DNA of 64,000 bases, from IMG/VR virus record IMGVR_UViG_3300025413_000008, one strand, 5' to 3'. Positions 29,565 to 39,800 of the stretch are shown here, in pieces. This DNA is from a virus. Lineage: Duplodnaviria > Heunggongvirae > Uroviricota > Caudoviricetes. Below the pieces are notes generated by a model. That model searched no databases. It worked only from the letters and a program-made list of their open reading frames with translations, and had not been told where the DNA came from. A program made the position numbers and the translations under genes. The first letter of the stretch is position 1. Every line of letters begins with the position of its first letter.

Positions 29565-30118
29565 TGAAAATCAGTGAAATGACAATGAGAGGACCAGACC
29601 TCTCAAAACAGGCAGAACAATTTGTACAAAACAATAAAGACCAATGGTATAAAAATGGTAAACATGTAGCAGACATTGAAGACTTTAAAGTCTTACATGA
29701 TGGTAGTAACTATTATTCATTGTGGGATGATACAGCTTTCGTGGCATGTTGTTCGCTAACAGACGAGAACACCGTAGATAACGTTTATGTTAGTCCAGAT
29801 TACAGAGGCAAGAAGATTTTGTCAATGTTATTGTGGTTTTTTAAGACCAGACTAAATCGTTCACCATTAATTTTGGGTAGTGTTCATTCTAAGGATATGC
29901 AGGAAGTTATCAAGGGACTATCACGTTTTAACAAATACTGGCACAATGTGAATACCGGAGAGAATGCGCCTTTTAGTATAGACACACTGGATAAATTTTA
30001 TAGCTATGTAGAGGTCACACCATGGCGTCTCGTATTGGAAAATGACGGTGAGTTTAACTGGCCGATGTATAATGGTGGTGGATTTGTTAAGGAGGCATAT
30101 GAGCCATACATAGACTAA
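29564..30118 (+). CDS. GNAT-family acetyltransferase-like protein
   Basis: VYVSPDYRGKKILSMLL resembles GNAT motif A (V..P.yRGkGig..L). Confidence 0.3.
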   Translation: MKISEMTMRGPDLSKQAEQFVQNNKDQWYKNGKHVADIEDFKVLHDGSNYYSLWDDTAFVACCSLTDENTVDNVYVSPDYRGKKILSMLLWFFKTRLNRSPLILGSVHSKDMQEVIKGLSRFNKYWHNVNTGENAPFSIDTLDKFYSYVEVTPWRLVLENDGEFNWPMYNGGGFVKEAYEPYID

Positions 30119-30125
30119 ATACATC

Positions 30126-30686
30126 ATGCGTATATCAGAACTCCTCACAGAATCAGAAATCTTGGATGAAATCAGTCGTCCTCATTTAATGGATGCAAGA
30201 GATATTCTTAGAAGAGCCGGATACAAACAATTAGGTTCCGGAACCTTTGCATATGTATACGCTAAACAGGATGCTCCAAATTGTCTTAAACTATTTGTAG
30301 CAAAGGACACGGCCTATATTGAATTTATTAATCTTGCAATGAGTAATCCCAATCCGCACTTTCCTAAGTTTAAAGGTAAGTTGATGAAGATAACAAATCA
30401 TTACTACGCCATTCAAATGGAAAGATTATCTCCCATTGACTATGTAGAAATGCGTACTATGATGTACGCAATTGACAATTATACCTCTGATATTTACTAT
30501 AGTGGCAAGGCAAGTGATGCTTCTTTAGCAAACATGGAAGAAGTTGAAAAGAAGCAGCCGGGAATTACTAAAGCTTGCGAGGCTATAGCAACAACCATCA
30601 CGCGTGGAAGATCGTTAGATATGCACCGTGGAAACTTCATGATGCGTGGAAATGTTCTGGTTATTACTGATCCGGTGGCATGTTAA
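30126..30686 (+). CDS. Mini protein-kinase-like protein, paralog A
   Basis: Gly loop LGSGTFAYVYAK, candidate beta-3 Lys (VAK), HRGNFMMRGN (HRD/catalytic-loop-like) and ITDPV (DFG-like). The protein ends right after the DFG-like motif. Confidence 0.35.
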   Translation: MRISELLTESEILDEISRPHLMDARDILRRAGYKQLGSGTFAYVYAKQDAPNCLKLFVAKDTAYIEFINLAMSNPNPHFPKFKGKLMKITNHYYAIQMERLSPIDYVEMRTMMYAIDNYTSDIYYSGKASDASLANMEEVEKKQPGITKACEAIATTITRGRSLDMHRGNFMMRGNVLVITDPVAC

Positions 30687-30687
30687 T

Positions 30688-31257
30688 ATGAAAATAACAG
30701 AACTCCTCACAGAATCAGAGATATTGGACGAAATAAGCCGACCAAAACGTTCAGAAGCACATAATATTCTTATGAATGCAGGCTATGAAATGTTGGGTTA
30801 TGGAATATTTGCTAATGTGTATGCTAAGCCCGGTGAAAATGGTGTCCTCAAACTTTTTGATTCCGAAGACGAAGCATATCAGAAATTTGTTTATATGGCA
30901 ATGAGTAATCCCAATCCGCACTTTCCTAAGTTTAAAGGCAAGATGATGAAGATAACGGACGAATACTACGCGATTCGTATGGAAAAATTGACTCCTTTAC
31001 CCGATACACCAGATACTGCATCATATGCAAAAAAGATTTCAGCATATGTTAAACTGATACAGAACAAATCGGGGCGAATACGATCTGATGCCGACGAATT
31101 GATAAGTGATATTGACGAGATTGAAAAAGAACAGCCCGGAATTAAATATGCCTGTAATATGATTGGGAACAGGTTTAAAGAAGAAATCATAGACATTCAC
31201 AACGATAATATCATGCTGCGAGGAAACATATTGGTTATAACTGATCCAGTTATCTAA
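30688..31257 (+). CDS. Mini protein-kinase-like protein, paralog B
   Basis: LGYGIFANVYAK, IHNDNIMLRGN and ITDPV. About 40% identical to paralog A, with a 100% identical AMSNPNPHFPKFKGK block. Confidence 0.35.
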   Translation: MKITELLTESEILDEISRPKRSEAHNILMNAGYEMLGYGIFANVYAKPGENGVLKLFDSEDEAYQKFVYMAMSNPNPHFPKFKGKMMKITDEYYAIRMEKLTPLPDTPDTASYAKKISAYVKLIQNKSGRIRSDADELISDIDEIEKEQPGIKYACNMIGNRFKEEIIDIHNDNIMLRGNILVITDPVI

Positions 31258-31333
31258 CCGTTTCGCGATTGTCTTTGCACTTCCTTAAATTTATACTAAG
31301 GCTAAATACAGTATAAGATAATGGAAGCAATAC

Positions 31334-32773
31334 ATGACATCACAGCCCTTTAACTCATTGAGTGGTTATACAGCAGGAATTCCTCCAGTAAGAATAGTAG
31401 ATGGCAACGGAAATGTTGTTACCAACGTCTTTACTTCTGGAAACGTTGCCGCTGGTGCCTTCTATTCTAATGATTATTTTTTAGCAAATGGTGCACCCTT
31501 TTCGGCTCCTGCTGGAGGCTCAAATACACAGATTCAATTTAATAATAATGGAATAAGTGGTGGTATTCCAAGCGTTACGTGGAATGGAAGTAAAATAAGT
31601 TTAGGTAACGTATCTAATGTTTCAATTGGTGGTGGTCTTAACGGCTATTTTTTACAGACTGATGGTTCTGGAAATCTAACATGGTCTCTCGGAGGAAGTG
31701 GAGGAAATGGATCACCGGGTGGTTCTAACACACAAGTCCAGTTTAATCAAAATGGTGCATTTGCTGGTGCTTCCGGGTTCACATATAATACGAATAATAA
31801 CACACTTTCTGTCACAGGAATAATAAATGCAGCAAATCTTGTTGCAACAAACATAAACACAACCGGAAATATCGTTAGTAACTATTTTTCTGGCAATGGG
31901 GCAGGACTTACTGGAATTACAACACAATATGCAAATTACGTAACATCAAATTCCCAGCCAAACATTACCAGCACTGGAACGCTAACAAACCTTTCAGTTT
32001 CAGGAAATATCATATCTTCACAGTATGTGAGTGCGGCAAATATCCAAACGGGTGGACAGACACAGACCGGAACATTAGTAGTTACCAATAATACTACCTT
32101 AAACGGCACTACGATTGGTCTTGGGCAGATAAACTTTACGAACTCGCCAAATATTTCACTCGGTCCAATCTCAAATTTGCATATTTCTGGTGGTCTTAAT
32201 GGCTATGTTCTCACTACCGATGGATTAGGCAATTTAAGTTGGGAAGTCGGCGGCGGGGGCGGCGGGGGAAACACTTCTCCCGGTGGGTCAAACTCACAGG
32301 TCCAGTTCAATTCAAATGGATTGTTTGGTGGAAGCCCATATCTTACATATGATAATTTTGCGCATGCTCTTACCGTTGGTGGAAACTTAATTGCAAATGC
32401 ATTACAAATTGGTTCTGGTGTATATGAATTCTCAACATCAGAGGTCTATTTTGCGTCAACTGTTAGCACAACTCCCAATCAAGTATTGTTTAGTATTCCG
32501 GTACAAAACATATCTGGTGTAGATTTCCATATTATTGCTACTGATACAATTGCCAACACAAGACAGTCAGCTAAAATTTCATCTTTATATTACGCCGGAA
32601 TGGTATCTTATACTGAATATGCAGGCTTACAAATCAATGGCGGAGTTGGGCAATTTGACGTTACTTATTATGCCGGAAATGTTATAACTCCCCCTGCCGT
32701 GCAGCTTTTGGTTAATCCAGATACGTCAAACTCCATTGTATATAGAATGCAAATCACCGTATATGCTGGATAA
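31334..32773 (+). CDS. Tail fiber protein (479 aa)
   Basis: Gly/Asn/Ser/Thr-rich with repeated GGSNTQ(I/V)QFN modules. First of four consecutive fiber-like genes. Confidence 0.55.
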   Translation: MTSQPFNSLSGYTAGIPPVRIVDGNGNVVTNVFTSGNVAAGAFYSNDYFLANGAPFSAPAGGSNTQIQFNNNGISGGIPSVTWNGSKISLGNVSNVSIGGGLNGYFLQTDGSGNLTWSLGGSGGNGSPGGSNTQVQFNQNGAFAGASGFTYNTNNNTLSVTGIINAANLVATNINTTGNIVSNYFSGNGAGLTGITTQYANYVTSNSQPNITSTGTLTNLSVSGNIISSQYVSAANIQTGGQTQTGTLVVTNNTTLNGTTIGLGQINFTNSPNISLGPISNLHISGGLNGYVLTTDGLGNLSWEVGGGGGGGNTSPGGSNSQVQFNSNGLFGGSPYLTYDNFAHALTVGGNLIANALQIGSGVYEFSTSEVYFASTVSTTPNQVLFSIPVQNISGVDFHIIATDTIANTRQSAKISSLYYAGMVSYTEYAGLQINGGVGQFDVTYYAGNVITPPAVQLLVNPDTSNSIVYRMQITVYAG

Positions 32774-32813
32774 GACCATAAAGATAAATAATTAGATAAA
32801 GGAATAAGCAAAA

Positions 32814-35800
32814 ATGGCAGTTAGACCCTTAAATTCAGTAGCAGGATTCTCAGTAGGAGAATATCCGTATTCGACTGTTATTCTGGCTAACGGGGATGTC
32901 ACTACCAATAACATTTCCACAACTGGCCTCGCAAATCTTAATGTGATTGGAAATGTAAAAATTAGTGGTGGTATCTCTGGACAAGTGATTACCACTGATG
33001 GTTTAGGAAATCTGTCATTTACGTCAATAAGCACTAACAGCCTGAATAGCGGAACCAGTAATATTCAAGTAATCAATAGTGGCAACATCACTATGAGTAG
33101 TGCAGGTGCATCTAACGTAGTTGTTGTTACCGCTTCTGGAATATATGTAAATGGCGTGGTCACAGGAAATGGTTCCGGACTGTCATCTATTAATGGTTCA
33201 AACGTTGTTGGTTCGGTGTCAAACGCCACTGCTGCTAACTCATTCCTCACCAACTCTTCAGTGGCAACCACTGCATATCCTACATTTGTAACTGTTGGAT
33301 CAAATGGTTGGTTCAGTGCTGTTACGTCAACCGGCATTAACGCTAATTTAGCAAATAACTCAATTACTGCTTCACAGTTCGTGGGTAGTCTTAATGGTAA
33401 CGTAGTTGCTAACGGTGTGAATGGCTATGTTACTGCTAACAATTTCAACGTTTCGGGTCAAGTAATTGGCAATAGCAATGTTCAAATTGTTACTTCTAAT
33501 TTTGGCATTCGTTCAGTATCTTCAACATATATAGATAATATCGCAACGCCAAGTTCAACTATAGCGAATGCCGCGATTCATGCGATTGCCGCGCCGACAC
33601 TTGCGGCAGCAAACACTGCGATTGTTGCAACAAACGCAGCAACATTCTTTATTCAGGGTGCACCTATTGCTACTGGCAATATGACTATTACCAATCCATA
33701 TGCACTGTTTGTTGGAAATGGAAATGTTTATTTTGCAAATGGACTCAACGTATCAGGAAATGCTAATGCAGGTAATATTGGCGCTGCAACTGGTGTATTT
33801 TCAACTTCCGTTAATACCGGAATTGTTCAGAATGGCAGTTCTAATGTGGCGATTGCTGCTGGCGGTAATATTAACCACTATGTTGGTGGGAACGCTACCT
33901 CTCAATTGGTAGTTTCCGCAACCGGTGTAAACGCAGCAGGTTATATAAATGCTTCTGGTAATATCGTTACTGGTTCGAATGTTATATCCAACTCCGTTTT
34001 AAGCACAGGCGCGATTACAATCGCAACTGGTGCTAACGGAAATATCAATCTTTCTCCTAATGGAAATGGTAATATCACTGTTGCCAATAGATATATTAAT
34101 AACCTGTCCGATCCAATTAATCTTCAAGATGCTGCCACAAAAAATTACGTAGATACTACAGCACAAGGTTTGGACGTTAAGCAAAATGTTACTCTTGCAA
34201 CTGCCGGAATACTTCCATCCTATACGTATAACAACGGATCAAGCGGAATCGGCGCGACCCTAACAGGCACCGCAAATGCTACATTAACTATTGATAGTAC
34301 TGCGGTCACCGCAAATGCTCGTGTGTTGATCAAAAATGAAGCCGGTGCAAATGCGCCATATAACGGTATCTATTTGGTATCTAATACAGGTAACTCAACA
34401 TCGGCATATGTTCTTACTCGTACCACCGACTTCGACCTAAATTCACCAAGCGCCCAAATTCCGGGTGCATTTACGTTTGTTACTGGCGGAACTACAAATG
34501 GTAATACGGGCTGGGTATGTACTACTCCGGCTCCAATTACACTTGGTACAACAAATATTACGTTTAGTCAGTTCTCTGGTGCTGGTACATATACTGCCGG
34601 AACCGGATTAACATTAACTGGAACAGTATTCAGTATTAGCAATACTTCTGTAACTTCTGGAAGTTACGGGACGGGTGATCGCGTCGCATCATTCACTGTA
34701 AATCAACAGGGTCAATTGACTGCTGCATCAAATACTCCGATTACGGCAAATGCTGCCAATTTAAGTGGAACCGTTCTTTCATCAACAGTTGTCACATCAA
34801 GTCTGACATCAGTTGGTAATCTCACATCACTGGTAGTATCAGGAAATACCACTTCCAGCAATGCAAATATCACAGGAACATTAACTGGAAATATCATCAG
34901 TGCTTCTGGTAATATTTCCGGTGCCAACTTAGTTGCAAACACTGGAGTATACGCAGGTAATACCGTTGGTAGAGCATTTATTGGATATGATAGTGCAAAC
35001 CTATCAGTTGCCGAATTTGCTGGAAACGTAAATAATTATATTGCAGTGTCAATGTTTAACTCAAATACAGGAACACAGGCGACGGCAGACTTTGCGATAT
35101 ATGATACTACTGGTCCTTTAAGTACAAATAATAATTTCATTGATATTGGTATTCTCGGTAATAATTATAGTAATGCCAATTGGACTATCAATAATCCGTC
35201 AGACGCGTACATTTATACTGGAAATACAAACCTATCTATTGGTACTCAATCATTAGGTGGTGGACAAAATTATATCAACTTCTTTACTGGAGGCGGTCTT
35301 GCATCAAATGAGCGCATGCGCATTGATGCAAATGGAAATATCGGTATTGGTAACACATCACCAACCAATACTCTTTCTGTAACTGGAACAGCATATGTTT
35401 CAGGTAATTTAAGAGTAGGAAATCTAAGTGCATCCATCGCCAATCTTACTGGTGCGAATATTTCTAACAATCTCATATTAGGAAACTCAACCTCAACTAC
35501 AGGAATTACTTGGGGAAGTGTAACAACTACGTCAGTTACTGCTAACCAAGCAATCGCAAGTATTCCAGTAACTGGAATAACTGGCGTTGAGTTCTTGGTC
35601 AAAGGTGTTGACCAAAATGGTATCGCCAATAAGTATAGTTTTTCTGGAATTCACGCAGTGACTGATGGTGTAAATAGCGATTGGTCAGCGTTTGGTGGGG
35701 TTTCGTTAGGTGGATATACTGGGTCATTTTCTGTTGCCGTATCTGGCTCCTTACTAAAATTACAAGTAACGCCAGCAAGTAGTAACTCTACGGTTTGGAC

Positions 35801-35822
35801 TACTCAATATAGATACCTATAA
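32814..35822 (+). CDS. Long tail fiber protein (1002 aa)
   Basis: Fiber-like composition with repeated GNxxxxNxVSG modules. Confidence 0.55.
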   Translation: MAVRPLNSVAGFSVGEYPYSTVILANGDVTTNNISTTGLANLNVIGNVKISGGISGQVITTDGLGNLSFTSISTNSLNSGTSNIQVINSGNITMSSAGASNVVVVTASGIYVNGVVTGNGSGLSSINGSNVVGSVSNATAANSFLTNSSVATTAYPTFVTVGSNGWFSAVTSTGINANLANNSITASQFVGSLNGNVVANGVNGYVTANNFNVSGQVIGNSNVQIVTSNFGIRSVSSTYIDNIATPSSTIANAAIHAIAAPTLAAANTAIVATNAATFFIQGAPIATGNMTITNPYALFVGNGNVYFANGLNVSGNANAGNIGAATGVFSTSVNTGIVQNGSSNVAIAAGGNINHYVGGNATSQLVVSATGVNAAGYINASGNIVTGSNVISNSVLSTGAITIATGANGNINLSPNGNGNITVANRYINNLSDPINLQDAATKNYVDTTAQGLDVKQNVTLATAGILPSYTYNNGSSGIGATLTGTANATLTIDSTAVTANARVLIKNEAGANAPYNGIYLVSNTGNSTSAYVLTRTTDFDLNSPSAQIPGAFTFVTGGTTNGNTGWVCTTPAPITLGTTNITFSQFSGAGTYTAGTGLTLTGTVFSISNTSVTSGSYGTGDRVASFTVNQQGQLTAASNTPITANAANLSGTVLSSTVVTSSLTSVGNLTSLVVSGNTTSSNANITGTLTGNIISASGNISGANLVANTGVYAGNTVGRAFIGYDSANLSVAEFAGNVNNYIAVSMFNSNTGTQATADFAIYDTTGPLSTNNNFIDIGILGNNYSNANWTINNPSDAYIYTGNTNLSIGTQSLGGGQNYINFFTGGGLASNERMRIDANGNIGIGNTSPTNTLSVTGTAYVSGNLRVGNLSASIANLTGANISNNLILGNSTSTTGITWGSVTTTSVTANQAIASIPVTGITGVEFLVKGVDQNGIANKYSFSGIHAVTDGVNSDWSAFGGVSLGGYTGSFSVAVSGSLLKLQVTPASSNSTVWTTQYRYL

Positions 35823-35859
35823 TTTAAACTGATAAATAATCACAGAGTGTAGGTAAATA

Positions 35860-38193
35860 ATGGCAGCAAGACAATTTAATGGTGAATATGGATTTTCAGT
35901 TGGCAATGCTGCTAACCTGAGTATTATAGCCGATGCCAACGGAAACGTGATTGCAAATTATTTAAGTGTTGCTAATAACGCAAATGTTAGTGGAAATATT
36001 TCCACCACAGGAAATGTCAGTGCTTCTTACTTTATTGGTAATGGTTCTCAGTTAACTGGAATTTCATCATCAGTCAGTGCGGGCGGCACCAATACACAAG
36101 TTCAATACAACAACTCAGGAAACTTCGCAGGTTCATCTGCGTTTACCTTTAATCAGACAACCAATGCTCTTTCTGTGACCGGTAATATTTCTGGCAATAA
36201 TTTAACAGTATCAAACAATGTGAGTATCAGTGGAAATTTAACAGCAAATACAACCTCTATAATTGTTGCTAATGCTTCCTCGTCTACTACCTATGGTCCT
36301 AGCGGAATCACCGCTGCCACGGGAAACACGTTATACTTGTTATCTTCCAACGGCTCTGGTGCCAATTTAACATTGTTAAGTACAGGAACTGTAAAATTAT
36401 CCGCAAACGGCATTTCTACTACTGCTTGGACAACTAATGGTATTGGTTTGATTCAATCTGCGGCAACGTGGACAGATAATACTTCAACAGGCAGCGCATC
36501 TATTACTGGCTACATTGCTGCTACAACACTTACCGTATCGTCTGTAGTGAGTGGTGTTCTTGCTATTGGTCAAACGATTGCTGGTGCTGGTGTTACTACT
36601 GGTACCACTATCACAGGCGGTAGTGGTACAACTTGGACTGTATCTGTAAGTCAGACAGTAGGTAGTGCTGGTAGCCCTATAGCTATTACAGCGACTACTG
36701 TTATTGGTTCTGCGTACATGAACTATTTCGCGCCGCAAACATATACTTCTGCAAATACTGTTACATTAAACAATATTTACGGAACATATTTTGCAGCACC
36801 TATTGGGGGCGCAAATACATCAACGTTAAACACGTATGCACTCGGAGCAGATAGTATGCGCGTAAGTGGCAAAGTCACGGTTGATAACTCTTTGACCGTA
36901 GGATTTGGTGTTACCTTTAACGCTACTACATCAAGCGTCACAGCCAACACTATGACTACAGGATCACTTATCCTTGGTGGACCTACACAGACTGGTGCGA
37001 TTACACTTGGACAGTCAACAGCCAACCAAACTGTAAATATTGCCAATGGTGCTACAACTTCTGGTAACACTAAAACAGTCAATATTGGTACTGCTGGATT
37101 ATCTGGTTCAAATACTACCATTTTTATTGGCTCTAACGTAGTCAATGCAAACTCAGTGACAACTATTTATGGGCAACACATTCTAAATCCAGTTGGTGGT
37201 AATGCTATTGCGTGGGCGACAAATGGAGTATCACTAATACAGAACGCAGCAACATGGACTGATACAACCACCGCAGCAAGCGGGACGGTCCCCACCGCCT
37301 ACATGAGCGTGTTTAACCCTCAGACTTATGCGGCTGCCAATACATCCGTTACCGTTAGCTCGCTTGTTGGAGCTTATTTTGCTGACCCAGTTGCTGGCAC
37401 GAACGTCACGGCTGGTCAAAAGTTTTCACTCAGAGCAGACAGCATTGTTTCCAATGGTTTTGTAAGACTAGACGGTACCGTCAATATGGGTACCGGGGTC
37501 AACTTTACCGGCACCACCACGAGCATTTTGGCGACGGGGCAAACCACCGGCTTGATTACCTTTGGTGGTACCACTGGTACCGGTGCAATCACTGTTGGTC
37601 AGTCAACAGCAAACCAAACAGTAAGTATTGCCAATGGCGCTACTGCCTCTGGCAACACAAAGACAGTTAACATCGGCACTGCTGGATTATCTGGTTCAAA
37701 TACCACTATTGTCATTGGCTCTAACGTAGCAAACGCAAACAGTATTACCACAATGAACGGAACAGTATCGTTTCCGGGAACTTCAAGTGCTATTGCCGCT
37801 ATTATGACAAACACTGCTGAACTTGTCAATATTGTGGCAGCAGCACCGGCAGCAACTCAAACTTTCTATGTAAACCTCGGTGCTGTTCAGTATTACACGG
37901 CAAATGCTACTACAAACTGGACACTAAACGTTGCGTTTTCATCAACACAAACATTTGCTAACGCTATAGCAGTTGGACAATCAGTAACTCTCGCGCTGCT
38001 TACTACACAGGGTGCAGCAGCTTTTTATAATAGTGCAGTTCAAATTGATGGCACGGCAGTTACTCCATATTGGCAAGGTGGTACAGCACCCACTTCTGGT
38101 AACGCTAATGTTATTGATGTTTATACATATACTATCATTAAAACTGCCGCAACGCCAACCTATACTGTCTTAGCATCTCAGACTAAGTTCTAA
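35860..38193 (+). CDS. Tail fiber protein (777 aa) with an internal segmental duplication
   Basis: Shares the GGTNTQVQYNNSG module with 31334..32773. Duplicated block TGAIT(L/V)GQSTANQTV...NTKTVNIGTAGLSGSNTTI at about 36990-37140 and 37580-37730. Confidence 0.55.
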   Translation: MAARQFNGEYGFSVGNAANLSIIADANGNVIANYLSVANNANVSGNISTTGNVSASYFIGNGSQLTGISSSVSAGGTNTQVQYNNSGNFAGSSAFTFNQTTNALSVTGNISGNNLTVSNNVSISGNLTANTTSIIVANASSSTTYGPSGITAATGNTLYLLSSNGSGANLTLLSTGTVKLSANGISTTAWTTNGIGLIQSAATWTDNTSTGSASITGYIAATTLTVSSVVSGVLAIGQTIAGAGVTTGTTITGGSGTTWTVSVSQTVGSAGSPIAITATTVIGSAYMNYFAPQTYTSANTVTLNNIYGTYFAAPIGGANTSTLNTYALGADSMRVSGKVTVDNSLTVGFGVTFNATTSSVTANTMTTGSLILGGPTQTGAITLGQSTANQTVNIANGATTSGNTKTVNIGTAGLSGSNTTIFIGSNVVNANSVTTIYGQHILNPVGGNAIAWATNGVSLIQNAATWTDTTTAASGTVPTAYMSVFNPQTYAAANTSVTVSSLVGAYFADPVAGTNVTAGQKFSLRADSIVSNGFVRLDGTVNMGTGVNFTGTTTSILATGQTTGLITFGGTTGTGAITVGQSTANQTVSIANGATASGNTKTVNIGTAGLSGSNTTIVIGSNVANANSITTMNGTVSFPGTSSAIAAIMTNTAELVNIVAAAPAATQTFYVNLGAVQYYTANATTNWTLNVAFSSTQTFANAIAVGQSVTLALLTTQGAAAFYNSAVQIDGTAVTPYWQGGTAPTSGNANVIDVYTYTIIKTAATPTYTVLASQTKF

Positions 38194-38207
38194 AAAGTGA
38201 GATAGTT

Positions 38208-39089
38208 ATGCCAAGAATTAGTACATTAGGTAATGGTAGCGCAAAAGGTTATGGATTCGGTGCTAAAGTAAGTTCTGGTGGCGGTGCTACAGGTTCAGTC
38301 ACATATTCTACTCCTGGTTCTTATTGCTGGACTGCTCCCGCTTGCGTAACATCTGTATCAGTAGTTGCTGTTGGCGGCGGCGGTGGTGGATCAAATCCAA
38401 CTAGAGTATGTATAGGCGGATGTTTTTGTTATGTAGACGGAGGCGGAGGCGGAGGCGGCGGATTAGGATATTACAACAACTATACCGTAATCCCAGGATC
38501 AAACTACAGGGTAGTGGTAGGAGCAAAAGGAACTGGCGGCAGTCCTGCAGGCTGTGGTAGTCCTCTTAAAAATGGTAATGCAGGCGGCGATAGTTATTTT
38601 GTAAGCACATCTCTCGTTAAAGGTGGTGGTGGTAGTGGTGGCACTACGGCAGCGGGCGGAACCGGTGGTGTTCATGTAGGAACTGGCGGCGGTAATGGCG
38701 GCAAAGGCGGCAACGGATGTTATAGTGGATGTGTACTGAATGTCACAGGTGGCGGCGCAGCAGGATATTCGGGAAACGGGGGAAATGGGAACTTTGCGGC
38801 ACCAACAGGAGGAGGCGCGGGTGGTGGATGTAGGTATGGTTTCTATCATGGCGGCGGCGGTGTCGGGTTATTAGGGCAGGGAACAAGTGGTGGTGTTGGA
38901 CGAGGCGGTTCTGGTGGAGGCAACGCCTCAGGAGGAACATATGGGACATGCGGTGCGCCCTACGGCGGCGGCGGCGGTGCTTCTAGATGCTTTACACTTC
39001 CGGGTTCAAACGGAGCATGTGGTGCAGTGCGTATCGTCTGGCCAGGTACGACTAGACAATTCCCATCAACTTGTGTTGGTGCACCATAA
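38208..39089 (+). CDS. Glycine-rich, cysteine-containing distal fiber/adhesin-like protein (gp38-like polyglycine motifs)
   Basis: Multiple GGGGG(G) runs separated by short variable segments, about 15 Cys. Last gene of the fiber cluster. Confidence 0.4.
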   Translation: MPRISTLGNGSAKGYGFGAKVSSGGGATGSVTYSTPGSYCWTAPACVTSVSVVAVGGGGGGSNPTRVCIGGCFCYVDGGGGGGGGLGYYNNYTVIPGSNYRVVVGAKGTGGSPAGCGSPLKNGNAGGDSYFVSTSLVKGGGGSGGTTAAGGTGGVHVGTGGGNGGKGGNGCYSGCVLNVTGGGAAGYSGNGGNGNFAAPTGGGAGGGCRYGFYHGGGGVGLLGQGTSGGVGRGGSGGGNASGGTYGTCGAPYGGGGGASRCFTLPGSNGACGAVRIVWPGTTRQFPSTCVGAP

Positions 39090-39140
39090 CTTATTAACAG
39101 GCTAAGATATAGATAATAAATACTTTCATATGATATAAAT

Positions 39141-39800
39141 TTGGGATGTGAAATTGTGACTGATCTTAAAGAAGACGATAATATACTTGTTAGTGAATTT
39201 TACTTCCCATCTGGGATTTATAAGATAAAAAAACCTGAATTCATTGAATCTGCAAAAAAGGTCATGAAAAACAGCCTCAGTTGCTGCAATGAAGAAGTAA
39301 ACGAAATTTATCCAATTTCACATACTTCACATATGTTTGATGAAGAATTGGCGGATTTACTGAATTACATAGCACAGACTGGATGGAACATTCTTGAATC
39401 TCAGGGATATGACATGTCACTATATGATACCAGCGTCACTGATTTTTGGGGACAAAAATTATTAAAACATGGACAACAACACGAACATATTCATGGGTTT
39501 GGTGCACAGTTGGTCGGTTTTTATTTTTTAAATGTTCCAGAAAAAAGTACCAGACCATTCATCGTTGATCCAAGACCAGCAAAAATTCAAATAAATTTGC
39601 CACAGACAAATGGGTCGCTTGCCACCTATGGATCAGACAAAGTAAATTTTGATGTCAACGCTGGCGATTTATTTTTCACTAATGCTTGGTTAGCACATGG
39701 ATTTGAACCTAATGCATCAGATGAGCCATTTGAGTTTATCCATTTTATTATACACGCTGTTCCTACTAAAAATACAAATGAAACTCCGGAGGTAATATGA
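39141..39800 (+). CDS. Cupin/2OG-Fe(II) oxygenase-superfamily-like protein
   Basis: His clusters HEHIHGFG and AWLAHGFEP. About 200 aa, reminiscent of the phage/cyanobacterial 2OG-FeII oxygenase-like family. Weak. Confidence 0.25.
   Translation: MGCEIVTDLKEDDNILVSEFYFPSGIYKIKKPEFIESAKKVMKNSLSCCNEEVNEIYPISHTSHMFDEELADLLNYIAQTGWNILESQGYDMSLYDTSVTDFWGQKLLKHGQQHEHIHGFGAQLVGFYFLNVPEKSTRPFIVDPRPAKIQINLPQTNGSLATYGSDKVNFDVNAGDLFFTNAWLAHGFEPNASDEPFEFIHFIIHAVPTKNTNETPEVI

Noticed and set aside
33065-38849. Multiple 60-120-aa ORFs antisense or out-of-frame within fiber genes (e.g. 33065..33337, 36484..36738, 36777..37145, 38499..38849)
   Set aside because: All are embedded in long, compositionally biased fiber genes and lack RBS or start context. 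They are shadow ORFs.
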